From a virus, in IMG/VR virus record IMGVR_UViG_3300010939_000103: 42,509 bases of DNA; one strand, written 5' to 3'. Positions 40,944-42,509 of this stretch are shown here, piece after piece; within the stretch, counting starts at the first letter, position 1, and every line of letters begins with the position of its first letter. A model generated the notes under the pieces. The model did no database searches, was not told the origin of the DNA, and saw only the letters and a list, made by a program, of their open reading frames with translations. Both the position numbers and the translations under genes were made by a program.

Positions 40944-41249
40944 ATGAACCAAGAGATAGTAGTTCTTGATACCAAAAGGAAGGCTGTGGTCTTTGCTCTA
41001 GACACCTGGGCAGGGATTGTGGACAAGAGCGATTTCCCACCTGCCGAAATCCTTATCATAGGATTGATATTGGGTATTAGGCATCCTGAATGGGCCTTAG
41101 CATTCCTGCAATTGGTACACGATAGCGAGGCTGAATTGATAGCGCGTAACCAATCAATGGATGCCCTGATAAAGCTTTGCCCAGTGGCGGTCCACTTAGA
41201 CCAGTACAAGGAGGCTGAGGATGATAAAGCAAGTCCACCCAGTGACTGA
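40944..41249 (+). CDS. Hypothetical protein
   Basis: ORF preceded by GGGGGTTGAGA upstream of the ATG. Confidence 0.62.
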   Translation: MNQEIVVLDTKRKAVVFALDTWAGIVDKSDFPPAEILIIGLILGIRHPEWALAFLQLVHDSEAELIARNQSMDALIKLCPVAVHLDQYKEAEDDKASPPSD

Positions 41250-41424
41250 TGCGGTGATAGCCCAGATAACAGAGAACCTCAAGGAGTTCGGCTATGCTGG
41301 CCTCAATAAGGAGCACGTTAGACAGCAGATAGAGGAGGTTCTAGCAGGTAACACGGTATCCATCATTGGCATGTTCGCAAGGGACATACTGGTGGAAAAT
41401 GGCTACTGGGTAGTGGAGGACTAA
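41221..41424 (+). CDS. Hypothetical protein
   Basis: 67-aa ORF with AAGGAGG upstream. Confidence 0.62.
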   Translation: MIKQVHPVTDAVIAQITENLKEFGYAGLNKEHVRQQIEEVLAGNTVSIIGMFARDILVENGYWVVED

Positions 41425-41450
41425 CGTAGGTATAAAGAAAGGAAAGTATC

Positions 41451-41693
41451 ATGGTTAAGGAACTGCTCAAATGGTTCCACATCCTCAGCTTTAACCGCAT
41501 GACTGAATCTAATGAGGAACGTGAGAAGCTAAAGGGGCAGTCAGCCGACCTCATCTGGTGGAACGACGATAAGGAGGTAACGATGAACGAGGCCAGTGAG
41601 GCGCCCCAAGCTGACGTAAAAAGCTTCTGCGGAGGTTGTGGGTTTTACCACTCAGAGGACTACCCCGATTGCGTGTACCACAAGGACATTTAG
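41451..41693 (+). CDS. Hypothetical protein with C-terminal Cys cluster
   Basis: 80-aa ORF containing FCGGCGFYHSEDYPDC. Confidence 0.58.
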   Translation: MVKELLKWFHILSFNRMTESNEEREKLKGQSADLIWWNDDKEVTMNEASEAPQADVKSFCGGCGFYHSEDYPDCVYHKDI

Positions 41694-41703
41694 GAGGCCC
41701 GTG

Positions 41704-41898
41704 ATGGCTAGGCTCACCCGGCACATCAGGTGGTGGGCTTTTGACCAGCCTGATGCTGCGTTCAAAACCGGACGCACTCGGCGATGCACAGCGAAGAATT
41801 GCACCACCAAGGTTCGCAACAGATTCAGTGAATGTGGGTTTTGTGGCGGCACAGGCCGCGAGAGGATGTACAGCCAATTAGTGGAGATGGGGCTATGA
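41704..41898 (+). CDS. Small zinc-ribbon protein (64 aa)
   Basis: The ATG lies 7 nt after AGGAGG (41691-41696). The cysteine pattern is RRCTAKNC...CGFCGG. Confidence 0.55.
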   Translation: MARLTRHIRWWAFDQPDAAFKTGRTRRCTAKNCTTKVRNRFSECGFCGGTGRERMYSQLVEMGL

Positions 41899-41941
41899 GG
41901 CTCACCGAGCCCGAGGCCCGCGACAGGAGGGCGACGTACTG

Positions 41942-42145
41942 ATGGAACGTGTATTCGTGGACGATGATGGCCCTCATGCCCACAGCCGTAGATGGCCTGC
42001 TGGCAAGGACGCTGACCACTCGGAGGCCATCGTAGGCACACGTCTCCTCTGGAGAGCAGTCTGTACTTGCGGTAGGGTGTTTGAATCTGGTAGCGAGACC
42101 AATGCTAGGCACAGGTTGAATGACCACATCAAGAGCAAGGAGTAA
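41942..42145 (+). CDS. Hypothetical protein
   Basis: 67-aa ORF. Confidence 0.5.
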   Translation: MERVFVDDDGPHAHSRRWPAGKDADHSEAIVGTRLLWRAVCTCGRVFESGSETNARHRLNDHIKSKE

Positions 42146-42146
42146 C

Positions 42147-42395
42147 ATGGACGCAAAAGTAAGAACCCTTACTATATTGACCTCCAAGCTTTCGCAGCCT
42201 GGGGACAGCTTACAGCCTTACCGGGAGGCTGCGGAAGAACTAGACAATGTGGGGTTGCTGAATTCTCGGGAGGACTTCGTGGAATGGTTGAGAGTACGTG
42301 CAGGTATCTCTGCACCCATTGCTCGTGATGTACTGCTATCGGCAGCCCAGCGCTACGAGGAAGCCTTCATCACAGATAGGGAAGGCGGAGGTTGA
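42147..42395 (+). CDS. Hypothetical protein
   Basis: The ATG at 42147 lies 5 nt after AAGGAG. The track start at 42120 overlaps the upstream gene. Confidence 0.62.
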   Translation: MDAKVRTLTILTSKLSQPGDSLQPYREAAEELDNVGLLNSREDFVEWLRVRAGISAPIARDVLLSAAQRYEEAFITDREGGG

Positions 42396-42509
42396 TGCAA
42401 GGCTACGTCCTCAGCGCCAAGGCCCAACTCGACGATACCGTAGAACTGGAGGTGACCTACATAGGTGACCGCTCAGACATCCCAGAGTCCAAGGTCAACT
42501 GTCCTGACT
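42395..42509 (+). CDS. 5' part of the wrap-around zinc-ribbon ORF (continues at 3..212)
   Basis: The ATG at 42395 is preceded by GGCGGAGGTTG. The reading frame runs through the terminal repeat. Confidence 0.6.
   Translation, partial: MQGYVLSAKAQLDDTVELEVTYIGDRSDIPESKVNCPD
42405..42509. repeat. Direct terminal repeat, right copy (identical to 1..105)
   Basis: It matches 1..105 exactly over all 105 nt. Confidence 0.97.

Noticed and set aside
1-42509. CRISPR arrays, tRNA/tmRNA genes, rRNA, integrase/excisionase, or a reverse transcriptase (DGR/retron)
   Set aside because: I saw no spaced direct-repeat arrays and no T-arm/acceptor-stem cloverleaf candidates. No ORF carries YxDD reverse-transcriptase motifs or tyrosine/serine recombinase motifs. 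The repeated fibre segment (16438-16934) therefore cannot be a DGR TR/VR pair.

Overview
The window is a complete tailed-phage genome. Its first 105 nt are identical to its last 105 nt, so the unique length is 42,404 bp. No rRNA, tRNA, CRISPR array, integrase or reverse transcriptase was recognised.

Layout:
- **Left arm, + strand (1-15.3 kb):** replication, recombination and nucleotide-metabolism genes. These are a macro-domain protein, a MoxR/CobS-like AAA+ ATPase with an HExxH+vWA partner, a RecA-fold ATPase, a free-standing LAGLIDADG endonuclease, a Cas4-like nuclease, an AAA_24-like ATPase, an ERCC4/HhH2 nuclease, an SPPY DNA methyltransferase, MazG, a family A DNA polymerase and dCMP deaminase.
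- **Middle, - strand (15.3-36.1 kb):** one virion operon with siphovirus-like order. It runs TerS, TerL, portal, protease/scaffold polyprotein, decoration protein, lambda gpE-like major capsid protein, connectors, major tail protein, G/GT chaperones with a candidate -1 slippery site, tape measure, and LamG-containing tail and fibre proteins.
- **Right arm, + strand (36.9-42.4 kb, wrapping to 212):** many small, translationally coupled early ORFs.

Four near-consensus extended -10 sigma70 promoters and strong GGAGG ribosome-binding sites point to a bacterial host.

The points most worth follow-up are:
- Two related structured elements of about 125 nt flank a GC-rich promoter-plus-gene cassette at the early/late divergence region, and share operator-like TGTGA-N6-TCAC sites.
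- A candidate late promoter is followed by a roughly 445-nt highly structured leader.
- A pyruvoyl-type AdoMet-decarboxylase-fold gene and two small membrane proteins sit inside the tail module.
- A stand-alone ClpC-type N-domain protein is followed by a small acidic protein and an RHH protein, an arrangement resembling an anti-defence operon with its regulator.
- A macro-domain gene is followed by a MoxR-AAA / metallopeptidase-vWA pair.
- No recognisable endolysin is present.

All functional calls rest on motifs read by eye and remembered family signatures. No searches were run.
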